Part shown: positions 39,801 through 52,800 of the stretch, piece by piece
Layout of the letters: the number at the start of each line of letters is the position of its first letter
Numbering within the stretch: the first letter of the stretch is position 1
From: Eledone cirrhosa
Taxonomy: Eukaryota
Direction: 5' to 3'
Length of the DNA stretch: 64,000 bases
Assembly: GCA_964016885.1 (NCBI GenBank)
Contig: OZ024744.1
Coordinates: forward strand, 16,368,001-16,432,000
Notes under the pieces: model-generated
Databases searched by the model: none
What the model was told of the DNA's origin: nothing
What the model saw: only the letters and a program-made list of their open reading frames with translations
Translations under genes and position numbers: made by a program

Positions 39801-42800
39801 GAAGTTGGAGAAGGAGAGTATGAAGGAAGTTGGGGAAGCAGAGTATGAAGGAAGTTGGAAAAGGAGATTATGAAGGAAGTTGGAGAAGGAGAGTATGAAG
39901 GAAGTTGGATAAGGAGAATATGAAGGAAGATGGAGAAGGAGAGTATGAAGCAAGTTGGAGAAGGAGAGTATGAAGGAGGTTGGAGGAGGAGAATATGAAG
40001 GAAGTTGGGGAAGGAGAGTATGAAGGAAGTTGGAGAAGGAGAGTATGAAGGAATTTGGAGAAGGAGAGTATGAAGGAAGTTGAAGGAAGAAAATATGAAG
40101 GAAGTTGGAGAAGGAGAGTATTAAGGAAGTTGGGGAAGAATGTATTAAGGAAGTTGGAGAAGGAGAGTATGAAGGATGTTGGAGAAGGAGAGTATGAAGG
40201 AAGTTGGAGAAGGAGAGTTTGAAGGAAGTTGAAGTAGGAGAATATGAAGGAAGTTGGAGAAGGAGAGTATGAAGGAAGTTGAAGGAGGAGAACATGAAGG
40301 AAGTTGAAGAAGGAGAATCTGAAGGAAGTTGGAGAAGGAGAGTATGAAGGAAGTTGAAGGAGGAGAATATGAAGGAAATTGAAGGAGGAGAATATGAACG
40401 AATTTGGAGAAGGAGAGTATAAAAGGAAGTTGGAGAATGAGAATCTGAAGGAAGTTGGAGAAGGAGAGTATGAAGGAAGTTGGAGAAGGAGAATCTGAAG
40501 GAAGTTGGAGAAGGAGAGTATGAAGGAAGTTGGAGAAGTAGAGTATGAAGAAAGTTGGAGAAGGAGAATAGGAATGAAGTTGTGGAAGAAGGTATGAAAG
40601 AAGTTGGAGAAGGAGAATATGAAGGAAGTTGAAGGAGGAGAATATGAAGGAAGTTGAAGAAGGAAAATATGAAAGAAGTTGGAGAAGGAGAGTATGCAGG
40701 AAGTTAGAGAAGGAGAGTATGAAGGAAGTTGGAGATGGAGAGTATGAAAGAAGTTGAATAAGGAGAATATCAATGAAGTTGGAGAAGGAGAGTGTGAAGG
40801 AAGTTGGAGAAGGAGAATCTGAAGGAAGTTGGAAAAGGAGAGTATGAAGGAGGTTGGAGGAGGAGAGTATGAAGGAAGTTGGAGATGGAGAATATGAAGG
40901 AAGTTGGAGAAGGATAATATGAGGGAAGTTGGAGAAGGAGTGTATGAAGGAAGTTGGAGAAGGAGAATATGAAGGAAGTTGAAGGAGGAGAATATGAAGG
41001 AAGTTGAAGAAGGAGAATATGAAGGAATTTGGAGAAGGAGAGTATGAAGGAAGTTGGAGAAGGAGAGTATGAAGGAAGTTGGAGAAGGAGAGTATGAAGG
41101 AGGTTGGAGGAGGAGAGTATGAAGGAAGTTAGAGAAGGAGAATATGAAGGAAGTTGGAGAAGGAGAGTATGAAGTAAGTTGGAGAAAAATAATATGAAGG
41201 AAGGTGTGGAAGAAGGTATGAAGGAAGTTGGAGAAGGAGAGTATGAAGAGAGTTGGAGAAGGAGAGTATGAAGGAAGTTGGAGAAGAAGAGTATGAAGGA
41301 AGTTGAAGAAGGAGAATATGAAGGAAGTTGGAGAAGGAGAGTATGAAGGAAGTTGGAGAAGGAGAGTATGAAGGAATTTGGAGAAGGAGAGTATGAAGGG
41401 AGTTGAAGGCAGAATATATGAAGGAAGTTGGAGAAGGAGAGTATGAAGGAAGTTGGGGAAGGAGAGTATGAAGGAAGTTGGAGAAGGAGAGTATGAAGGA
41501 AGTTGGGGAAGGAGAGTATGAAGGAAGTTGGAGAAGGAGAATATGAAGGAAGTTGAAGAAGGAGAATCTGAAGAAATTTGGAGAAGGAGAGTATGAAGGA
41601 AGTTGGGGGTAGAGAATATGAACGAAGTTGAAGAAGGAGAATATGAAGGAAGTTGAAGGGGGAGAATATGAAGGAAGTTGAAGAAGGAGAATCAGAAGGA
41701 AGTTGGAGAAGGAGAGAATGAAGGAAGTTGAAGAAGGAGAATCTGAAAGATGTTGGAGAAGGAGAGTAGTAAGGAAGTTGGAGAAGGAGAGTATGAAGGA
41801 AGTTGAAGGAGAAGTATATGAAGGAAGTTGAAGAAGGAGAATCTGAAGGAAGTTGGAGAAAGAGAGTATGAAGGAAGTTGAAGAAGGAGAATCTGAAGGA
41901 AGTTGGAAAAGGAGAGTATGAAGGAAGTTGGAGAAGGAGAGTATGAAGGAGGTTGGAGGTGGAGAGTATGAAGGAAGTTGGAGGAGGAGAGTATGAAGGA
42001 AGTTGGAGAAGGAGAATATGAAGGAAGTTGGAGAAGGAGAGTATGAAGGAGGTTGGAGGAGTAGAGTATGAAGGAAGTTGGAGAAAGATAATATGAAGGA
42101 AGTTGGAGAAGCCGAGTATGAAGGAAGTTGGAGAAGGAGAGTATGAAGGAAGTTGGATAAGGATAGTATGAAGGAAGTTGGCGAAGGAGAATATGAAGGA
42201 AGTTGGAGAAGGAGAGTATGAAGGAAGTTGAAGGAAGAAAATATGAAGAAAGTTGGAGAAGGAGAGTATGAAGGAAGGTGGAGAAGGAGAATATGAAGGA
42301 AGTTGAAGAAGGAGAATATGAAGGAAGTTGGAGAAGGAGAGTATGAAGGAAGTTGGAGAAGGAGAATATGAAGGAAGTTGGAGAAGGATAAAATGAAGGA
42401 AGTTGGAGAAGGATAATATGAAGGAAGTTGGAGAAGGATAATATGAAGGAAGTTGGAGAAGGAGAGTATGAAGGAAGTTGAAGAAGGAAAGCATGAACGA
42501 AGTTGGAGAAGGAGAATATGAAGGAAGTTGGAGAAGAAGATTATGAAGGAAGTTGAATAAGCAGAATATGAAGGAAGTTGGAAAAGGAGAGTATGAAGAA
42601 GTATGGGAAGGAAGGTATGAAGGAATTTGGAGAAGGAGAGTATGAAGGAAGTTGGAGAAAGAGAATCTCAAGGAAGTTGAAGAAGGAGAATATGGAGGAA
42701 GTTGGAGAAGCAGAGTATGAAGGAAGTTGGAGAAGGACAATATGAAGGAAGTTGTAGAAGGAGAGAATGAAGGAAGTTGGAGAAGGAGAGTATGAAGGAA

Positions 42801-45620
42801 GTTGGGGAAGCAGAGTATGAAGGAAGTTAGAAAAGGAGATTATGAAGGAAGTTGGAGAAGGAGAGTATGAAGGAAGTTGGATAAGGAGAATATGAAGGAA
42901 GTTGGAGAAGGAGAGTATGAAGCAAGTTGGAGAAGGAGAGTATGAATGAGGTTGGAGGAGGAGAATATGAAGGAAGTTGGCGAAGGAGAGTATGAAGGAA
43001 GTTGGAGAAGGAGAGTATGAAGGAATTTGGAGAAGGAGAGTATGAAGGAAGTTGAAGGAAGAAAATATGAAGGAAGTTGGTGAAGGAGAGTATTAAGGAA
43101 GTTGGGGAAGAATGTATTAAGGAAGTTGGAGAAGGAGAGTATGAAGGATGTTGGAGAAGGAGAGTATGAAGGAAGTTGGAGAAGGAGAGTTTGAAGGAAG
43201 TTGAAGTAGGAGAATATGAAGGAAGTTGGAGAAGGAGAGTATGAAGGAAGTTGAAGGAGGAGAACATGAAGGAAGTTGAAGAAGGAGAATCTGAAGGAAG
43301 TTGGAGAAGGAGAGTATGAAGGAAGTTGAAGGAGGAGAATATGAAGGAAATTGAAGGAGGAGAATATGAACGAATTTGGAGAAGGAGAGTATGAAGGAAG
43401 TTGGAGAATGAGAATCTGAAGGAAGTTGGAGAAGGAGAGTATGAAGGAAGTTGGAGAAGGAGAATCTGAAGGAAGTTGGAGAAGGAGAGTATGAAGGAAG
43501 TTGGAGAAGTAGAGTATGAAGAAAGTTGGAGAAGGAGAATAGGAATGAAGTTGTGGAAGAAGGTATGAAAGAAGTTGGAGAAGGAGAATATGAAGGAAGT
43601 TGAAGGAGGAGAATATGAAGGAAGTTGAAGAAGGAAAATATGAAAGAAGTTGGAGAAGGAGAGTATGCAGGAAGTTAGAGAAGGAGAGTATGAAGGAATT
43701 TGGAGATGGAGAGTATGAAAGAAGTTGAATAAGGAGAATATCAAGGAAGTTGGAGAAGGAGAGTGTGAAGGAAGTTGGAGAAGGAGAATCTGAAGGAAGT
43801 TGGATAAGGAGAGTATGAAGGAGGTTGGAGGAGGAGAGTATGAAGGAAGTTGGAGATGGAGAATATGAAGGAAGTTGGAGAAGGATAATATGAGGGAAGT
43901 TGGAGAAGGAGTGTATGAAGGAAGTTGGAGAAGGAGAATATGAAGGAAGTTGAAGGAGGAGAATATGAAGGAAGTTGAAGAAGGAGAATATGAAGGAATT
44001 TGGAGAAGGAGAGTATGAAGGAAGTTGGAGAAGCAGAGTATGAAGGAAGTTGGAGAAGGAGAGTATGAAGGAGGTTGGAGGAGGAGAGTATGAAGGAAGT
44101 TAGAGAAGGAGAATATGAAGGAAGTTGGAGAAGGAGAGTATGAAGTAAGTTGGAGAAAAGAATATGAAGGAAGGTGTGGAAGAAGGTATGAAGGAAGTTG
44201 GAGAAGGAGAGTATGAAGAGAGTTGGAGAAGGAGAGTATGAAGGAAGTTGGAGAAGGAGAGTATGAAGGAAGTTGAAGAAGGAGAATATGAAGGAAGTTG
44301 GAGAAGGAGAGTATGAAGGAAGTTGGAGAAGGAGAGTATGAAGGAATTTGGAGAAGGAGAGTATGAAGGAAGTTGAAGGAAGAATATATGAAGGAAGTTG
44401 GAGAAGGAGAGTATGAAGGAAGTTGGGGAAGGAGAGTATGAAGGAAGTTGGAGAAGGAGAGTATGAAGGAAGTTGGAGAAGGAGAGTATGACGGAAGTTG
44501 GAGAAGGAGAGTATGAAGGAAGTTGAAGAAGGAGAATATGAAGGAAGTTGGAGAAGGAGAATCTGAAGGAATTTGGAGAAGTAGAGTATGAAGGAAGTTG
44601 AAGAAGGAGAATCTGAAGAAAGTTGGAGAAGGAGAGTATGAAGGAAGTTGGGGGAGGAGAATATGAAGGAAGTTGAAGGAGGAGAATATGAACGAAGTTG
44701 AAGAAGGAGAATATGAAGGAAGTTGAAGGGGGAGAATATGAAGGAAGTTGAAGAAGGAGAATCAGAAGGAAGATGGAGAAGCAGAGAATGAAGGAAGTTG
44801 AAGAAGGAGAATCTGAAAGATGTTGGAGAAGGAGAGTAGTAAGGAAGTTGGAGAAGGAGAGTATGAAGGAAGTTGAAGGAGAAGTATATGAAGGAAGTTG
44901 AAGAAGGAGAATCTGAAGGAAGTTGGAGGAGTAGAGTATGAAGGAAGTTGGAGAAAGATAATATGAAGGAAGTTGGAGAAGCCGAGTATGAAGGAAGTTG
45001 GAGAAGGAGAGTATGAAGGAAGTTGGATAAGGATAGTATGAAGGAAGTTGGAGAAGGAGAATATGAAGGAAGTTGGAGAAGGAGAGTATGAAGGAAGTTG
45101 AAGGAAGAAAATATGAAGAAAGTTGGAGAAGGAGAGTATGAAGGAAGTTGGAGAAGGAGAATATGAAGGAAGTTGAAGAAGGAGAATATGAAGGAAGTTG
45201 GAGAAGGAGAGTATGAAGGAAGTTGGAGGAGGAGAGTATGAAGGAAGTTGGAGAAGGAGAATATGAAGGAAGTTGGAGAAGGATAAAATGAAGGAAGTTG
45301 GAGAAGGATAATATGAAGGAAGTTGGAGAAGGAGAGTATGAAGGAAGTTGGAGAAGGGGAGTTTGAAGGAAGTTGAAGAAGGAAAGCATGAAGGAAGTTG
45401 GAGAAGGAGAATATGAAGGAAGTTGGAGAAGAAGATTATGAAGGAAGTTGAATAAGCAGAATATGAAGGAAGTTGGAGAAGGAGAGTATGAAGAAGTATG
45501 GGAAGGAAGGTATGAAGGAATTTGGAGAAGGAGAGTATGAAGGAAGTTGGAGAAAGAGAATCTCAAGGAAGTTGAAGAAGGAGAATATGGAGGAAGTTGG
45601 AGAAGCAGAGTATGAAGGAA
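33900..45620 (+). repeat. Higher-order repeat of ~5.42-5.44 kb made of two alternating related subunits (~3.0 and ~2.4 kb)
   Basis: ORF starts recur at 34326/39768 (+5442), 37322/42740 (+5418) and 38326/43744 (+5418). Marker AGTATGGGAAGGAAGGTAT occurs near 34186, 37182, 39628, 42600 and 45495. Confidence 0.85.
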
Positions 45621-48600
45621 GTTGGATAAGGAGAATATGAAGGAAGTTGGAGAAGGAGAGTATGAAGCAAGTTGGAGAAGGAGAGTATGAAGGAGGTTGG
45701 AGGAGGAGAATATGAAGGAAGTTGGGGAAGGAGAGTATGAAGGAAGTTGGAGAAGGAGAATATGAAGGAAGTTGGGGAAGAAGGTATGAAGGAAGTTGGA
45801 GAAGGAGAGTATGAAGGAAGTTGGAGATGGAGAGTATGAAGTAAGTTGAAGAAGGAGAGTATGAAGGAAGTTGCGGAAGGAGAGTATGAAGGAAGTTGAA
45901 GAAGGAGAATCTGAAAGAATTTGGAGAAGGAGAGTATGAAGGAAGTTGAAGGAGGAGAATATGAAGGAAGTTGGAGGAAGAGTGTATGAAGTAAGTTGGA
46001 GAAGGAGAGTATGAAGGAGGTTGGAGGTGAAGAGTATGAAGGAAGTTGGAGGAGGAGAGTATGAAGGAAGTTGGAGAAGGAGAATATGAAGGAAGTTGGA
46101 GAAGCCGAGTATAAAGGAAGTTGGAGAAGGAGAGTATGAAGAAAGTTGGAGAAGGAGAATATGAAGGAAGTTGGAGAAGGAGAGTATGAAGGAAGCTGGA
46201 AAAGGAGACTATGAAGAAGTATGGGAAGGAAGGTATGAAGGAATTTGGAGAAGGAGACTATGAAGGAAGTTGGAGAAGGATAGTATGAAGGAAGTTGGAT
46301 AAGGAGAGTATGAAGGAAGTTGGAGAAGGAGAGCCTGAAGGAAGTTGGAGAAAGAGCGTATGAAGGAAGTTGGAGAAGGAGAGTATCAAGGAAGTGGAAG
46401 AAGGAGAATATGAAGGAAGTTGGAGAAGGAGAGTATGAAGGAGGTTGGAGGAGGAGAGTATGAAGGAAGTTGGAGAAGGAGAATATGAAGGAATTTGGAG
46501 AAGGATAATATGAAGGAAGTTGCAGAAGGAGAGTATGAAGGAAGTTGGAGAAGGATAATATGAAGGAAATTGGAGAAGGAGAGTATGAAGGTGGTTGGAA
46601 GAGGAGAGTATGAAGGAAGTTGGAGAAGGAGAATATGAAGGAAGTTGGAGAAGGATAATATGAAGGAAGTTGGAGAAGGATAATATGAAGGAAGTTGGAG
46701 AAGGAGAGTATGAAGGAAGTTGGAGAAGGAGAGTATGAAGGAAGTTGGAGAAGGAGAATATGAGGTAAGTTGGAGAAGTAGAGTATGAATGAAGTTGGAG
46801 AAGGAGAGTATGAAGGAAGATGGAGAAGGATAGTATGAAGGAAGTTGGAGAAGAAGATTATGAACGAAGTTGGAGAAGGAGAATATGAAGGAAGTTGAAG
46901 AAGGAGAATATTAAAGAAGTTGGAAAAGGAGAGTATGAAGAAGTATGGGAAGGAAGGTATGAAGGATTTTGGAGAAGGAGAGTATGAAGGAAGTTGGAGA
47001 AAGAGAATCTGAAGGAAGTTGGAGAAGGAGTGTATGAAGGAAGTTTAAGAAGGAGAATATGAAGGAAGTTGGAGAAGGAGAGTATGAAGGAAGTTGGAGC
47101 AGGACAATATGAAGGAAGTTGGAGAAGGAGAGAATGAAGGAAGTTGGAGAAGGAGAGTATGAAGGAAGTTGGGGAAGCAGAGTATGAAGGAAGTTGGAAA
47201 AGGAGATTATGAAGGAAGTTGGAGATGGAGAGTATGAAGGAAGTTGGAAAAGGAGCGTATGAAGGAATTTGGAGAAGGAGAGTATGAAGGAAGTTGAATA
47301 AGGAGAATATGAAGGAAGTTGGAGAAGGAGATTATGAAGGAGGTTGGAGGAGGAGGATATGAAGGAAGTTGGAGAAGGAGAGTATGAAGAAAGTTGGAGA
47401 AGGAGAATATGAAGGATGTTGGGGAAGAAGGTATGAAGGAAGTTGGAGAAGGAGAGTATGAAGGAAGTTGCAGATGGAGAGTATGAAGGAAGTTGAAGAA
47501 GGAGAGTATGAACGAAGTTGAAGGAGGAGAATATGAAGGAAGTTGGGGAAGGAGAGTATGAAGGAAGTTGGAGAAGGAGAATATGAAGGAAGTTGGGGAA
47601 GAAGGTATGAAGGAAGTTGGAGAAGGAGAGTATGAAGGAAGTTGGAGATGGAGAGTATGAAGTAAGTTGAAGAAGGAGAGTATGAAGGAAGTTGCGGAAG
47701 GAGAGTATGAAGGAAGTTGAAGAAGGAGAATCTGAAAGAATTTGGAGAAGGAGAGTATGAAGGAAGTTGGAGAAGGAGAATATGAAGGAAGTTGAAGGAG
47801 GAGAATATGATGGAAGTTGGAGAAGGAGAGTGTGAAGGAAGTTGGAGAAGGAGAATATGAATCAAGTTGAAGGAGGAGAATATGAAGGAAGTTGGAGGAA
47901 GAGTGTATGAAGGAAGTTGGAGAAGGAGAGTATGAAGGAGGTTGGAGGTGAAGAGTATGAAGGAAGTTGGAGGAGGAGAGTATGAAGGAAGTTGGAGAAG
48001 GAGAATATGAAGGAAGTTGGAGAAGGAGAGTATGAAGGAAGTTGGAGAAGGATAATATGAAGGAAGTTGGAGAAGCCGAGTATCAAGGAAGTTGGAGAAG
48101 GATAATATGAAGGAAGTTGGAGAAGCCGAGTATCAAGGAAATTGGAGAAGGAGAGTATGAAGGAAGCTGGAAGAGGAGACTATGAAGAAGTATGGGAAGG
48201 AAGGTATGAAGGAATTTGGAGAAGGAGACTATGAAGGAAGTTGGAGAAGGATAGTATGAAGGAAGTTGGATAAGGAGAGTATGAAGGAAGTTGGAGAAGG
48301 AGAGCCTGTAGGAAGTTGGAGAAAGAGCGAATGAAGGAAGTTGGAGAAGGAGAGTATCAAGGAAGTGGAATAAGGAGAATATGAAGGATGTTGGGGAAGG
48401 AGAGTATGAAGGAAGTTGGAGAAGGAGTGTATTAAGGAGGTTGAAGGAGCGGAATATGAAGGAGGTTGGAGAAGGAGAGTATGAAGGAAGTTGGAGATGG
48501 TGTGTATGAAGGAAGTTGGAGAAGGAGAATATGAATCAAGTTGAAGGAGGAGAATATGAAGGAAGTTGGAGGAAGAGTGTATGAAGTAAGTTGGAGAAGG

Positions 48601-49849
48601 AGAGTATGAAGGAGGTTGGAGGTGAAGAGTATGAAGGAAGTTGGAGGAGGAGAGTATGAAGGAAGTTGGAGAAGGAGAATATGAAGGAAGTTGGAGAAGC
48701 CGAGTATGAAGGAAGTTGGAGAAGCAGAGTATGAAGAAAGTTGGAGAAGGAGAATATGAAGGAAGTTGGAGAAGGAGAGTATGAAGGAAGCTGGAAAAGG
48801 AGACTATGAAGAAGTATGGGAAGGAAGGTATGAAGGAATTTGGAGAAGGAGACTATGAAGGAAGTTGGAGAAGGATAGTATGAAGGAAGTTGGATAAGGA
48901 GAGTATGAAGGAAGTTGGAGAAGGAGAGCCTGAAGGAAGTTGGAGAAAGAGCGTATGAAGGAAGTTGGAGAAGGAGAGTATCAAGGAAGTGGAAGAAGGA
49001 GAATATGAAGGAAGTTGGAGAAGGAGAGTATGAAGGAGGTTGGAGGAGGAGAGTATGAAGGAAGTTGGAGAAGGAGAATATGAAGGAATTTGGAGAAGGA
49101 TAATATGAAGGTAGTTGCAGAAGGAGAGTATGAAGGAAGTTGGAGAAGGATAATATGAAGGAAATTGGAGAAGGAGAGTATGAAGGTGGTTGGAAGAGGA
49201 GAGTATGAAGGAAGTTGGAGAAGGAGAATATGAAGGAAGTTGGAGAAGGATAATATGAAGGAAGTTGGAGAAGGATAATATGAAGGAAGTTGGAGAAGGA
49301 GAGTATGAAGGAAGTTGGAGAAGGAGAGTATGAAGGAAGTTGAAGAAGGAAAGTCTGAAGGAAGATGGAGAAGGAGAATATGAGGTAAGTTGGAGAAGTA
49401 GAGTATGAATGAAGTTGGAGAAGGAGAGTATGAAGGAAGATGGAGAAGGATAGTATGAAGGAAGTTGGAGAAGAAGATTATGAACGAAGTTGGAGAAGGA
49501 GAATATGAAGCAAGTTGAAGAAGGAGAATATTAAAGAAGTTGGAAAAGGAGAGTATGAAGAAGTATGGGAAGGAAGGTATGAAGGATTTTGGAGAAGGAG
49601 AGTAAGAAGGAAGTTGGGGAAAGAGAATCTGAAGGAAGTTGGAGAAGGAGTGTATGAAGGAAGTTTAAGAAGGAGAATATGAAGGAAGTTGGAGAAGGAG
49701 AGTATGAAGGAAGTTGGAGCAGGACAATATGAAGGAAGTTGGAGAAGGAGAGAATGAAGGAAGTTGGAGAAGGAGAGTATGAAGGAAGTTGGGGAAGCAG
49801 AGTATGAAGGAAGTTGGAAAAGGAGATTATGAAGGAAGTTGGAGATGGA

Positions 49850-52800
49850 GAGTATGAAGGAAGTTGGAAAAGGAGCGTATGAAGGAATTTGGAGAAGGAG
49901 AGTATGAAGGAAGTTGAATAAGGAGAATATGAAGGAAGTTGGAGAAGGAGATTATGAAGGAAGTTGGAGAAGGATAGTATGAAGGAGGTTGGAGGAGGAG
50001 AATATGAAGGAAGTTGGAGAAGGAGAGTATGAAGAAAGTTGGAGAAGGAGAATATGAAGGATGTTGGGGAAGAAGGTATGAAGGAAGTTGGAGAAGGAGA
50101 GTATGAAGGAAGTTGCAGATGGAGAGTATGAAGGAAGTTGAAGAAGGAGAGTATGAAGGAAGTTGAAGGAGGAGAATATGAAGGAAGTTGGGGAAGGAGA
50201 GTATGAAGGAAGTTGGAGAAGGAGAATATGAAGGAAGTTGGGGAAGAAGGTATGAAGGAAGTTGGAGAAGGAGAGTATGAAGGAAGTTGGAGATGGAGAG
50301 TATGAAGTAAGTTGAAGAAGGAGAGTATGGAGGAAGTTGCGGAAGGAGAGTATGAAGGAAGTTGAAGAAGGAGAATCTGAAAGAATTTGGAGAAGGAGAG
50401 TATGAAGGAAGTTGGAGAAGGAGAATATGAAGGAAGTTGAAGGAGGAGAATATGAAGGAAGTTGGAGAAGGAGAGTGTGAAGGAAGTTGGAGAAGGAGAA
50501 TATGAATCAAGTTGAAGGAGGAGAATATGAAGGAAGTTGGAGGAAGAGTGTATGAAGGAAGTTGGAGAAGGAGAGTATGAAGGAGGTTGGAGGTGAAGAG
50601 TATGAAGGAAGTTGGAGGAGGAGAGTATGAAGGAGGTTGGAGGACGAAAGTATGAAGGAATTTGGAGAAGGATAATATGAAGGAAGTTGCAGAAGGAGAG
50701 TATGAAGGAAGTTGGAGAAGGAGAATATGAAGGAAGTTGAAGGAGGAGAATATGAAGTAAGTTGAAGAAGGAGAATATGAAGGAAGTTGGAGAAGGAGAG
50801 TATGAAGGAAGTTGAAGGAAGAAAATATTAAGGAAGTTGGGAAGCAGAGTATGAAGGAAGTCGGAGAAGGAGAATATGAAGGAAGTTGAAGGAGGAGAAT
50901 ATGAAGGAAGTTGGAGAAGGATAATATGAAGGAAATTGGAGAAGGAGAGTATGAAGGTGGTTGGAAGAGGAGAGTATGAAGGAAGTTGGAGAAGGAGAAT
51001 ATGAAGGAAGTTGGAGAAGGATGATATGAAGGAAGTTGGAGAAGGATAATATGAAGGAAGTTGGAGAAGGAGAGTATGAAGGAAGTTGGAGAAGGAGAGT
51101 ATGAAGGAAGTTGAAGAAGGAAAGTATGAAGGAAGTTGGAGAAGGAGAATATGAGGTATGTTGGAGAAGGAGAGTATGAATGAAGTTGGAGTACGAGAGT
51201 ATGAAGGAAGATGGAGAAGGATAGTATGAAGGAAGTTGGAGAAGAAGATTATGAACGAAGCTGGAGAAGGAGAATATGAAGGAAGTTGAAGAAGGAGAAT
51301 ATTAAAGAAGTTGGAAAAGGAGAGTATGAAGAAGTATGGGAAGGAAGGTATGAAATAATTTGGAGAAGGAGAGTATGAAGGAAGTTGGAGAAAGAGAATC
51401 TGAAGGAAGTTGGAGAAGGAGTGTATGAAGGAAGTTTAAGAAGGAGAATAGGAAGGAAGTTGGAGAAGGAGAGTATGAAGGAAGTTGGAAAAGGAGATTA
51501 TGAAGGAAGTTGGAGATGGAGAGTATGAAGGAAGTTGGAAAAGGAGCGTATGAAGGAATTTGGAGAAGGAGAGTATGAAGGAAGTTGAATAAGGAGAATA
51601 TGAAGGAAGTTGGAGAAGGAGATTATGAAGGAAGTTGGAGAAGGATAGTATGAAGGAGGTTGGAGGAAGAAAATATGAAGGAAGTTGGAGAAGCAGAGTA
51701 TGAAGGAAGTCGGAGAAGGAGAATATGAAGGAATTTGAAAGAGGAGAATATGAAGGAAGTTGGAGAAGGATAATATGAAGGAAATTGGAGAAGGAGAGTA
51801 TGAAGGTGGTTGGAAGAGGAGAGTATGAAGGAAGTTGGAGAAGGAGAATATGAAGGAAGTTGGAGAAGGATGATATGAAGGAAGTTGGAGAAGGATAATA
51901 TGAAGGAAGTTGGAGAAGGAGAGTATGAAGGAAGTTGGAGAAGGAGAGTATGAAGGAAGTTGAAGAAGGAAAGTATGAAGGAAGTTGGAGAAGGAGAATA
52001 TGAGGTAAGTTGGAGAAGTAGAGTATGAATGAAGTTGGAGAAGGAGAGTATGAAGGAAGATGGAGAAGGATAGTATGAAGGAAGTTGGAGAAGAAGATTA
52101 TGAACGAAGTTGGAGAAGGAGAATATGAAGCAAGTTGAAGAAGGAGAATATTAAAGAAGTTGGAAAAGGAGAGTATGAAGAAGTATGGGAAGGAAGGTAT
52201 GAAGGATTTTGGAGAAGGAGAGTATGAAGGAAGTTGGAGAAAGAGAATCTGAAGGAAGTTGGAGAAGGAGTGTATGAAGGAAGTTTAATAAGGAGAATAT
52301 GAAGGAAGTTGGAGAAGGAGAGTATGAAGGAAGTTGGAGCAGGACAATATGAAGGAAGATGGAGAAGGAGAGAATGAAGGAAGTTGGAGAAGGAGAGTAT
52401 GAAGGAAGTTGGGGAAGCAGAGTATGAAGGAAGTTGGAAAAGGAGATTATGAAGGAAGTTGGAGATGGAGAGTATGAAGGAAGTTGGAAAAGGAGCGTAT
52501 GAAGGAATTTGGAGAAGGAGAGTATGAAGGAAGTTGAATAAGGAGAATATGAAGGAAGTTGGAGAAGGAGATTATGAAGGAATTTGGAGAAGGATAGTAT
52601 GAAGGAGGTTGGAGGAGGAGAATATGAAGGAAGTTGGAGAAGGAGAGTATGGAGAAAGTTGGAGAAGGAGAATATGAAGGATGTTGGGGAAGAAGGTATG
52701 AAGGAAGTTGGAGAAGGAGAGTATGAAGGAAGTTGCAGATGGAGAGTATGAAGGAAGTTGAAGAAGGAGAGTATGAAGGAAGTTGAAGGAGGAGAATATG

